Origin: Takakia lepidozioides
Taxonomy: Eukaryota; Plantae; Bryophyta
DNA length: 64,000 bases
Direction: 5' to 3'
Assembly (NCBI GenBank): GCA_030704615.1
Contig: CM060731.1
Coordinates: forward strand, 26,598,001 to 26,662,000
The translations under genes were made by a program, and so were the position numbers. Each line of letters opens with the position of its first letter. Positions within the stretch are counted from its first letter, which is position 1. Positions 50,401-60,400 of the stretch are shown piece after piece. The notes under the pieces are model-generated. The model saw nothing but the letters and a program-made list of their open reading frames with translations, had not been told where the DNA came from and searched no databases.

Positions 50401-52197
50401 AAAATCTTTCCTGAGAAGTAATATGCCACCTGGAAGAAACCGGGTACAACTCATTCTTCTCTGCTCAGAAATGGCACAACGTCCTCTCTCCCAGTGCCTA
50501 TTTAATAAAGGTCTCATGTATGTAGTACATTCTGCTGCGCACTAAATCTCCCACCTAAAATGTGATAGACGGCCATTATTTGATTCTAAGAAAACAATCC
50601 ATCCCTTCCTCAATGTAGCATACAACACATGTCACTTGATAAAACATTGAACTACAACGCAGTATCAGAGTTTCTCTTTGATTCCACTTCCGTGTCCTTG
50701 ATAAGTAGGGGTTTGCATCCATAGCCAGAGAAATGAACAAAAGAGAAATGTATACAGAATACAAAGTGTGATTTAAAAACTTCAGTGCAATTAGGATTGT
50801 TGTTGAAACTCCATGCTGCGGGGGAAGAGGAGCAGGAGATTGGTTATATAGATAGGTTTCTCTCATTTGGAGAAGGTGATTTTGGGGGCTCTGGTTGGGG
50901 TGGGAGGAACTGGAGACAGGATGTTTGCACACAGATTCTGTATTATTCATTACTTCCGTTTGTGCAGCTGTGAAGATGCAAGTGAAGCAGGCTGGAGGCA
51001 GGGTTGGACCTACTTAAAGAATCTGTCCAGTCATGAAATCTTCCCTCTACACAAACCGAGAAAGAAAGATTAGACTGGATACATGAAACCTTCGCCCAAC
51101 AAATTTACAGGAACAAGAGGATTCACACCTGCCTGTAGGTCACTTGAGAAGGTGGGTCATGATGGGGGTCAACCAGTGCAACTCTATCACCATACATCTC
51201 AGCAGCTGTTTTCCAGATGTCTGGGACCACTTTCCATTCAGTAGAGCCTGATGGCAATCCCTCAGATGTAGTCTCCAGCAGGGGGGCACATTTTCTGCCT
51301 CCCTCTACATACTGCTGACGCTGCAGAGATTACCACAACACCTGCATCATAAGAGATTTTGAAGGGAAAGAGGGTGTGGGGCGGGGGGAGGGGTATGTAC
51401 TTGCTGACTCAACCCAGTCGAAGTCATCATACCCTTGAGGCATAACCTTTCAAATACTGACCCATCGTGGGCACAAGGAAATTTGCCACAGGATTCAGCT
51501 ACAATACAATACAATCCAGCTAGAGGATTATATGAAAGAAATGAAATGAAATGAAAGAAAGAAAGGAACTTTGTACCGTTCAAAGAGGGAGGAAAAGTAA
51601 TTAGAAGAAGAGGAAGAGAAACCGGAAGGAAAGGACAATTATTACGTCCACAGGAACAGAAGAATTATTACCAGCCATGACTCCAATACTACTAAAAGCA
51701 AGCCAGGGAGATGGGTTCAATGGCGGGTGAAAAATCAGACACTAAAACAGAAAAAAAGTCCTGTGGCATTACTAAAACTCACAAGGAAACACCCAAGGAA
51801 AGTAAACATTGTGTGACGCTAGTGATATTCACAGCCTACCCAGCCTACCTCCTCCTTTACACTCAGCCCAGTTTTCACACGGAACTGTACAGTGAGCGAA
51901 TTAAGATCCTCTAAGCCCCTTCCATGAACAAACAACCACAAACCAAGGACTCACCTCAACAGTGCAGCAGGGACATGGGGTACGAAATCGGAGCTTGGGT
52001 CCGTAATTCTCCCCAAATAATTTATCAGATGCAGATTTCAGCAGAGTTTCTCTTCGCCATCTGCTCAGAGGAGACCCAATGGCGACGGGCGAACAGTTTA
52101 CTTGAGAAACTCCCCCCACGCAGCCTCGCACCAATTGAAGATATGGGGCATCCCACGTCCGGCCCTGTACAAGAAGAGTGCCTCCCTGCATAGCCAT
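35406..52197 (-). CDS. AAE15: Plastid acyl-activating enzyme / long-chain acyl-ACP(CoA) synthetase, AAE15/AAE16 type, about 753 aa; 18 exons: 52197-51955, 51320-51129, 50308-50194, 49932-49845, 49705-49482, 48189-48071, 47849-47700, 47243-47176, 46477-46372, 46190-46032, 45133-45080, 44333-44253, 37904-37767, 37326-37167, 36840-36761, 36657-36524, 36042-35985, 35498-35406
   Basis: All junctions are GT-AG and phase-consistent; motifs [105 protein letters not shown]15 and AAE16 cannot be told apart here. Confidence 0.92.
37965..38760 (+). mobile_element. Cluster of short LINE 3' fragments (families A and B) in AAE intron 12
   Basis: A zinc-finger fragment about 37970-38108; B 3' end about 38110-38390; three A 3' ends finishing in (T)GAGTACA at about 38453, 38590 and 38752; the middle one is flanked by TCTCTCAAATCTGGAAA at 38459-38475 and 38592-38608. 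Confidence 0.8.
38912..43379 (-). mobile_element. 5'-truncated LINE (family A): N-terminal region, APE endonuclease, RT and C-terminal CCHC finger in one disrupted ORF; 14-bp TSD
   Basis: TSD AATCTTCGGATAGA at 38898-38911 and 43380-43393; APE motifs [30 protein letters not shown]; RT motifs [37 protein letters not shown]; C-terminal C.LC...[10 protein letters not shown]; in-frame stops at 42900 and 41892; frameshifts near 39765 and 39575. Confidence 0.95.
42590..43000 (-). repeat. Three 141-bp (47-aa) coding tandem repeats upstream of the LINE endonuclease
   Basis: The anchor g(a/g)gtaccaa.tccttcag occurs at 42656, 42797 and 42938; peptide ...[24 protein letters not shown]... Confidence 0.9.
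43380..43836 (+). mobile_element. LINE family B 3' end, host of the family A insertion; continues from 38820-38911
   Basis: RPNYL...[13 protein letters not shown] (38822-38911) continues as [17 protein letters not shown]...[16 protein letters not shown]...*, then a 3' UTR hairpin and reiterated (ATTTC)n tails. Confidence 0.88.
43850..44110 (+). mobile_element. Diverged LINE A fragment joined to a LINE B 3' fragment
   Basis: Similarity to the A 3' end (ggggtc..tggccacaag) followed by B (tatgagatcc.tgggagattc ... gctctttgagct). Confidence 0.65.
44388..44700 (-). mobile_element. LINE family B 3' fragment with duplicated tail and a (GAAAT)n run at 44388-44433
   Basis: Reverse-complement match to 43540-43800; about nine GAAAT units. 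Confidence 0.8.
44815..44990 (+). mobile_element. LINE family A 3' fragment
   Basis: gatttctagaggatatctggaaaactcggat...tactacc..cgtcagcc.ctgaca is the reverse complement of 38930-39100. Confidence 0.75.
45208..45911. mobile_element. Non-autonomous hAT element (704 bp) in AAE intron 10
   Basis: Perfect 19-bp TIRs CAGTGTTGGGCGGTTCTCT; perfect 8-bp TSD GTCCTGAC at 45200-45207 and 45912-45919; subterminal GGTTCTCTA/GAACC repeats. Confidence 0.92.
48565..49200 (-). mobile_element. LINE family B 3' fragment with tandemly duplicated 3' UTR
   Basis: Minus strand reads [17 protein letters not shown]; two copies of the tail ccgcagaaagctcaaagagcttatgggacaaaa at about 48595 and 48743. Confidence 0.82.
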
Positions 52198-53689
52198 CTC
52201 TCTATATATTGGCCTTACCAGCGCAATTGAACTGCGATACACACAAATTCTCCTGGGAACCGAAGCTTTCCCTTTGTACCACTCAAACCACCCTTCCAAT
52301 CTCTTCAATTCCGATTTTCCCCCGCAGACTAGATTATAATTCACTCTCACACATTCGTTTAAAACTGTGAACTTTAAAGAGAGTGCAGAATTCGAATCCT
52401 CCACAACCAATAATCTCCACCTCCACGTTCAGATTCTTCAAGCGATTGCCAAATTCAAAGGCTCGCACGCCCAGCATCACGGGCACCGCCAGCATCAGAA
52501 GGCCAGAAATCAATCCCTAGAATGTCATCCAAAAAAAATTCTGCAATTGAAAACACATCCCTTCCCTCAAACACACAAACTCTCGAGGGAGGATAGAAGG
52601 GACCCACACCAGTGAATCGTAAAAACTTGCTTGTCGGTGCAATCTCACCTATCGGTATGCCAATTTCGGATGCCACTTGTGACCTTATCTATCCATGATG
52701 GGGAGGGAATCATTCAGGAGTGGATCTGGCAGTCCTGCGGACTTTTGCAATTTCCGCATAAATCGATCAACCATTTGGACACTAGCGCAGAGTCTTTTAA
52801 TAGGATAGTGTAATAACGGATACGTAGAGTCCCAGACCCAGACATACCCGTGAACGGTGACCATTGTAAATTTTCAGTACTTCAGGAATCAGTACCATTT
52901 TTTCAGTCGGTTTTGTCTCATGGGTTCTTGAGAAAAGACGAGTAAGTTGTGAAAATATGTGCTCAGGGATCTAGAGCTTGTTATGGTTGAAAAAGTTACG
53001 GCAGTCAGCATGCGTTGAATGCTACCTAGGTATATTCTTTGTGCTTGATTTCTCGGAAATTGTCCGAGAAATCCCTAAGCCTTCAGCTACCCAAGCACAC
53101 AGGATTGTTGCCGGATTGTTGTAGCCTCTCACTGCAAATTTGCGGGGTTTCAGATTCAATGTATTGCTAGGAAATGTGTGATGTAGCATTTGATGTGTGC
53201 AGCTATGGTCGCCAGAGAAGTTGGATGCTGTGTTGAGTCCCACCGCCTGATGTTTCCCATTAGCGATACGTGGATAGTAAAGATAGTTACCAGGTCAACA
53301 AGACCCAAGAAACACCACTGAGCTCTGAACTGTCCCTACCAAAACCATTGTTGAATGCAAAAAAAATTATTAAACGCACAAGGAAGGTCATCACGAACAC
53401 TCAAATGTACAAGTAGAAGCGGACTATTGCAGCATTTGCTCAAGTAAAGTGAAAGTGCATGGCGGATGGCCGGTGGCGACGGAGATGCGCAAGGGATTCT
53501 CCGAATATTGGGACTCGGAAGTGGGGGTATCGCACTTGCTCTTTACTTTTGTGGCAGCATCGCACCGCCTCCGACCATTTTTATTCTCACAGACCTCGCC
53601 AAGTTCGCATTCTAAAATTTTGGAGGATTTGACCTCGGACTTTTCAAAACCCTCCGGGTCGCCTCTCATTTTAAGATAATAGGGTCTTC

Positions 53690-54000
53690 AATGGGCACGA
53701 GCGATGTGGCCGGTGGGCCCCGCGCACGGACGCCCGGCTCCCCAGCACCCACCCCCCCCCCCCCGCGCCCGCCGCTGCTGCACGCGGTCGCCCAGCCGCG
53801 GGCGCAGCTGCAGCAACCGCGCCCGCGCCCCCGTCCGCCGCGCGGCCAGTCCCCCGCCCATGAGTCCGCTGCCCTCCAGTCTACCAATCCGCCAGTCTGC
53901 CCGCCAGTCCGGTGCTGGCCAGTCCGCTACCAAGCAGTCTGCCAGTCTGCCCGCCAGTCCGCTAGCCAGTCCCCTGCCATCCAGTCCGCTGACAGCGCAG
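53690..54000. repeat. GC-rich low-complexity tract with reiterated CCAGTC(C/T)GC motif
   Basis: About nine CCAGTC/CAGTC units at 53845-53990; related CAGTCTGTTG units recur at 54870-54985. Confidence 0.7.
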
Positions 54001-55014
54001 GATTGCCACCGTCCATTCCCATAACCCATCCGAGCCCTCCATTTTTAGGGCTGCGAAAATGGCAATGATCTTCCCACCAAATCCTGGCCGCTCTCTTTTG
54101 ACGGTTGTTTGTTGTTCGATGTTGCGGTAGGCGTTTCCATGCACGCGACTGTTCCTCTTTTGAGCGCGATGTTCATGATGATGATGAAGCGTGTGCTTGA
54201 ACATGAGAGGACTGTCTCGGCACTACAGCCACCATCATGCATATGCTTCTACTATTTTTGTCTTCTTGTTGTGCTTTCGGGAACCTTCGTTTTATGGTTT
54301 GGTTCTATGTCATAAATATGGAAAATGCGGACATATGTCGTCGATAACGTTCTCTGCTTGTGATCCGTCATGATACGTTTAGCCCCTTCGTACTGCATCC
54401 CTCATGAGAGCCTTCACAAGTTTAGTTCGTTAAAGGAACCCATGGGTAACATGGGCGCGAAAATGGTGGAAGCGTATGCACATGGGGGCGTGTATTGCAG
54501 ATTTCGTATCGGACGTTGGGACTGTTTATGTGACCAAGTATAGCGGCTTGCATCCGTCGTGCATAAGTTGTGGAAAAGGGTGGAGAATCTGAAGAAATCC
54601 AGCTTTATGATGGATCCACATGGTATTATATAAGGGATGGCAGCACAAAAAAGCAATTCGAGTCGTCACGGAACACCATCCAGTCGTAAGGTCCTCAAAC
54701 ATCCACACGCACCTGCTGAATGCAGATGTCTAAGCCACGACGGGAGATGTCTGAAACAATTGCATCTGCAAATGCGCGTGGATGTTTGAGGTCCGTTGTG
54801 TCGCGAGTCTGTTCACAGTGGGTCCGCTGGCCCGTCAGTGCTCCGGATATTCCCCTTATCGCGTGCATAACAGTCAGTTTGGAGGCGATCTGCTGGAAGT
54901 CCGTCTGTTGGGATATTAGTCTGTTGCACTTGTGAATTTGTCAGTCTGTTGTGTCGGAAGTCTGTTGCACTAAGTCTGTTTGACTTCTTATTTTCCCTCC
55001 GGTCAGTCTTTTTG

Positions 55015-55265
55015 CACTACTACAGAAACCGGTTTTTCCAACACCACCCATAGTTCACACCTGGCACTTTGAACAGCTCCTCTTACACCCATGTGAGAGG
55101 AGGCAAGGTGTGATCTGGACCATTGTAGGAAAACCCACATGGTGTTACAAATTTCACACTCGAATGACACCCATACGGTCAACGGGTGTTGACCAAGATA
55201 ATGCATATGGGGCATTTGACATGAGTGTGAAATGAGTCATGGAGTGTGAGGTTAGTGTGAGAAGT
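55015..55265 (+). mobile_element. CACTA (En/Spm)-like left terminus with subterminal repeats
   Basis: CACTACTACAGAAACCGG at 55015, followed by direct and inverted CACAC(C/T)/GGTGT/GTGTGA motifs; no matching right end identified in the window. Confidence 0.55.
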
Positions 55266-56339
55266 CCTACAGGAATTTGGGGCAACTATATGGCGTGGCA
55301 CATTGACCATCCAAGTGGAAGATAGATGGATGAAATGACTTCCACCTCTATTCATCATGCCTTGGACGACATAACACATAGACTTTTGTTTAGAGAATTT
55401 AAAAGTTCAAAAATGTTATTAGGGTTATGGGGTCTGCATGTAGAGGGCTGTGGGACTTGTAGTTTTTCTTTGCCGGCTCGTTTTAGAATCTGAATGCCCA
55501 CCAGTGCAGGCCATGCAGGCCAATACCATTAATGGATGCCAAATGCGATTTTCATCCAAACATCCAAGCCCAAAATAGACCAACCTCAAAGTAAAATGAA
55601 ATGAGTCGCCTAACTCGAAAAGGCATAGAATTCTCTTCAATATGAACACTGCCTGCAACTATTGGCTATAACTTGCCCTCTGTCCTTCACATATTATCCC
55701 CTTCGGGTACCAGCAATCCAAAAAGATGCACTGCTCATGCAGCGACGACATATCGTTATGAGAATGTCACACTATAATCAACAATGTACAAACAATTGCT
55801 TTGAGAATATAGATAAAACTACCTCATGTCTTCTCAGAGATTTGTGAGCGCCAAAAATGTCAAGTCCCTTTCTGTCCAGTCAACCTTGACACGCCGTTTG
55901 GACACGCAGCAGAGAGAGCGTAGGGCATGTGCACAACAACCCTAGGCCCCTCACAATGAGACAGTCTAAAGCTGAGCTGAGCACGAATTTCAATCTCTAC
56001 TAGTCCAACCGTACTAGAGAAATATCCAGTGATCCTCAGACAAGGCTTTCTTCACCACCTTACAAAAATTGTTCCCAATGACTTTCCTGTCCACATTGTT
56101 GCTTGATGTCGAGAAAGCTTGGACAAAGTGCCTTGCTCTTTGTGACTAGCTCCCTTTTTGAGACAGCGGGGTTTTTTTTTGACGGGTGTACTTCACTCAC
56201 AACCGTCTTTTTTACACTACGTCCGGGATATCAATGATCGCCCCAGCCTGAATTTTTGCCCCACCCTATCAAGCGCCAGTGTTTTTAACTAGTGCTTTTC
56301 AACTCGTCTGCTGAGGCCCCACTTTCTCCCCTCTACTGG

Positions 56340-56937
56340 TACATGTCAAAATCACTCCAAGAGCCATAGTGTTGGAAACTGCCTTCGCATCCTTGATGCT
56401 CCCACATTTGGCATACATGTCCACGAGGGCACTGTCCAGAATCACAATCAGGTACAATTCCAGCTTTGACAATGAAACCATGGACCTGATCTTCCCTTTT
56501 CCAGAGCTGGCAAGCTTGCCCTTGATGCTCCCACATTTGGCGTACATGTCCACGAGGGCATTGTTCAGAATCACATCAGGTACAATTCCAGCTTTGACAA
56601 TGAAACCATGGACCTCTTCCCTTTTCTAGAGCTGCCAGGCTTGCCCTTGATGCTCCCACATTTGGCATACATGTCCACGATTGGCATACATGTCCACGAG
56701 GGCATTGTCCAGAATCACATCAGGTACAATTCCAGCTTTGACAATGAAACCATGGACCCGATCTTCCCTTTTCCAGAGCTGCCAGGCTTGCCCTTCATGC
56801 TGAAACATTTGGCATACATGTCCACGAGGGCATTGTCTCGAATCACATCAGGTATAATTCCAGCTTTGACAATGAAACCATGGACCTCTTCCCTTTCCCA
56901 GAGCTGCCAGGCTTGCCCTTGATGCTCCCACATTTGG
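56340..56937 (-). repeat. About 127-bp tandem repeat (four units plus part of a fifth) derived from a PLS-class PPR gene fragment
   Basis: Each unit encodes [31 protein letters not shown]; the anchor cttgatgctcccacatttgg (or variant) occurs at 56392, 56521, 56647, 56793 and 56918; no continuous frame. Confidence 0.88.
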
Positions 56938-57449
56938 GGGGGGTGCTATTCCGTGAGCCCGGAGGCGTGAGCCTGTGAGCCCAGGAAAGCGTGAGCCCAG
57001 CACAGGCTCACGCCACGTCAGCATGCAAACAGTGCCTATTTCCGCGGATGTCACCTATTTCCGAGTGGTGTCACCTATTTCCGCGGGTTGATTTGGGTAG
57101 AATTGAGAATGCCTGAACAGTTTTTGATGAGGTGGACTTCACCGTGATGGATTCACCAACCATTCTTCTAGCAGGAATAGTTTGGGGACCAACTAGCAAA
57201 TGATGCGAGGATGCTCTACACGAACCAAAGTGGTTTGTTTGTTTTCGCAATGTACTTAAGTCTGTGAGGTCCACAAAACACCAAATAGATTGAAGGAACA
57301 ATCCAGGCAGTCCATGCAACCCCCATCTCCAACAATAGTTTGTAACCATGAATGTGAATTCCACGCACACATTGCAAACAGGACAACAAGGACACACAAC
57401 CATCCCATTTCAAATTTGGCCCAGAATTAAACCAAAAAAAAACTTCATA

Positions 57450-60400
57450 TCAAGTGTCGCAGTCATCACAATCAGTGTCCACCTCCTGTGCTATGTCATC
57501 TACAAAGATTCTGGCCCCAACACCACGTGTTCTACGAAGGCCGTCGTAAGGTGGACTCGGAGTCCCATGAACGGACATGCTTGCTGCGAGTGCCTCCGCA
57601 TAGACAGGTAGCACGCAAGACCGAGGAGGACTGCAAACAAGTCCAAATAGGTGTGATAGCCCTGGAGGGCAAGTGGAAGCACGCGGACTCCTGCACATGT
57701 CCACAAAACCCCATTTTTAACACAATGATGCAATGCACAAGTCCAACAAAGAGGATGTCTCCAATGTGCACTTTGCCTCAAGAACAGCGATTCTCGATAT
57801 TGAAACAACAATGCAAGCATGCAAGGTTGAACTTACTCACAGGCAAAGTCGGAGTCCAGCTCCTTGTCAGAAGTCTCCTCTGTATCAGTATCAACGGGAC
57901 GGGGCTTCGGAAGGACTTGAGAAGTGTGTCCACCCAAACCCATCAGGAGGTTCTTGTAAATCTCAGCATCCCCTTCAATCCCAAAGAGATGTCGCGCACT
58001 GGCCTTGCAAGCGTGGTAAGAAGCACCTGCAGTGGAATAGAATGAATGAAGAAGACATTGAAGACACATTCGGAACGGTGGGAAGTGCTGAAAGTGCAAG
58101 CTCAATCAAACCTCATGAAATGTGAATGTTGAAGAGACGAACCTGTGCCCATCGACAAATCCAGAACTCTGGCGTCTGTGTAGGTGCAGCACTCCACAAT
58201 CGTTTGAATGAAAGCCGGGCTCCTCTCCCTCGCCCCTCTCCAAGGAACCCCATTCCCCCTTCGCAAGCACACGTTGCTGTCGACGTAGTTGTGATGCATG
58301 TCATCCGTGGGGGATCTGTCCTGTCATCTATGAACTTGGCCCCATGAGTGATGGCAAACTCGGTAATGCCGGCCGGAGTCGTTTGTGGATGCACCCGGAC
58401 GAGACAAACAGCTTCAAATAGACGAGTCTGCGAACATGACATCCACAAGGAACTAAGAAGCAAAAAAAAATCGGGCCCCTACATATGAGTTCGAGCGACC
58501 TATACAACCCCATCCGAGAACAACCAAGAAGAGGAAGAAGAAGGCAAACTCACCATCTCTCCCGGACGATCCCCCTTCGTAAGGTACATGCTGTTCACAC
58601 AATTCCATGTCTTCACGACTCTCATGCCCGAGGCTTTCAAATAGCTGGAAAGTGCACGGCGACACCGACCGTCGATGGACTGGATGAGCACCAAAACACC
58701 TGCATCGGACAGGAAGAAGTTGCAAAAGGAGAAAACCCACCGCCAGTAGCGCTCATCAAAAGCATTCCAACCCGGACAAGCACCCGATGGAGGGATATCC
58801 GGGACTGCCAACCCATCAGGGATGTCCAAGATGATGAGTTCGGCTGCATATGGCTTCTCCTTCCCGTTCACCCAGGATTTGGTCATTTTAGCCTGCAAAC
58901 AAAAATACAATGGAATTCTCACAAGTTTAGAAACGATCCATGCCCACAGCAGACAAAAACAACAGAAGCCACAGAACCCAAAGAGAACACGCACCGTGCT
59001 GAGGAACTGCACAATCCTGTCCCACACTGGTGATGGCTCGCCCTTGTAATCAGATTTCTTCGACTCCATCATGGCAAGGAACCCGACGTTGGCCATCTCC
59101 AACCTGGTTGGGCGAATGACCCTCGTGGGATGTTCCACTGCATGGTACGGGTCCTTGGGATCAACCACCCCTTGTTTTTTCTCCCGGATCCCCTACCATG
59201 CGGTGGAGTCTGCTGGACATGCTCCACAGGGCCAATATCTGCAACACTTCCCTGCCCTTGTGCCACCTTCCCTCTACCCCTTCCCTTCCCAACAACACCA
59301 GCAACATCTTTTCCCTTTGCCTTTCTTCCTCTACCTGGGGTATCCTGAGCGGGAGGCTCCTTCTCTGCAAGAGTCCTCAAATTACGTTCATGAATGTCGA
59401 GGTCGGCTGCTGCTGCAGCAGGGCTGCAATACGGTCATTCTCTCTCCTCAAAGACACCTCTGGAGCTGGGGTCTCAGAAGGAGGGCAATCCAAATACCAA
59501 CCACAAGAAGAAAGATGGTCTGGGCCCCAGTCATGCAAGATCCCAGTAGTAAACATGGTCTGGTTGCCAGCAGGGACAAGCCACAGGTCCACGAAATCTG
59601 GATGTTTGTCCAGGCAATTCTCTTCCAGGAGAACAAACTTTATGTACCTGCAGCAACAGAGACAGCCTCATTTTACAATGGAAATATTGTGTGGCAACTT
59701 TTCCATCACACCAGGAAGACCCCCTTCAACAGTATGCCACACAACACATTGCAACCACAGCACAAATAAGTAGTGCAAGAGTGTGCACCTGTAAAGGCAT
59801 CGTTTCCAGGCTTCCTCTCCTTTTTCTTGCTGGTCCAGCTCATTTGTTCGACTGATGCCACCCTCCTTGCTGAACTCTCTAAAGAAACAAGAGTGCCACA
59901 CTGTGGCTCTCCATTTCCTCATGTATGCTTCGAAGGACACCTTCGGTGCTATCATACTGATGCCATAGTCAGCCAGCTGAGTATGCAGAACCGATCTGGC
60001 CCTTTCTTCCAACTGCAAAACAATACAAATGCAAGAATGAACCCAAAAGCAATCACAGCGAATGTAAGAGGCAATAGAAAGATAAGGACAGGAAAAGAGA
60101 AAAGACAGTGACACAGGGAAGGACATCACACCTGGCTCCAGTAAGTGGCCTTGTGAAGCCAGGTGTCCAGCACATTGTCACTGACAGGAATGACACGCTG
60201 GGTCTTCTTCTCTTTCTCCGGCCTTGGGAACATGTGGGTATCCCTAACTGTGGGATCGGAGTTCCATATCTGCAGCCACTTCACCTTTTGTTCTGGAGAC
60301 ACAACGGCGGTAGACAACCTGTGCAACTTCTCCTGGGCCATTTCTGGCTTGCCTGGCTTGTTATAATGGTTTTTTATCTCCAGGAGAAACTGCGGTCCGA

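Noticed and set aside
53424-54315. Many overlapping Pro/Arg/Gly-rich ORFs
   Set aside because: Explained by GC-rich low-complexity repeats; no recognisable domain.
55015-56293. Pairing the CACTA start at 55015 with ...TTTTTAACTAGTG ending near 56293 as one element
   Set aside because: The ends match only over CACTA and loosely beyond, and the flanking 3-mers (TTG vs CTT) are not a TSD.
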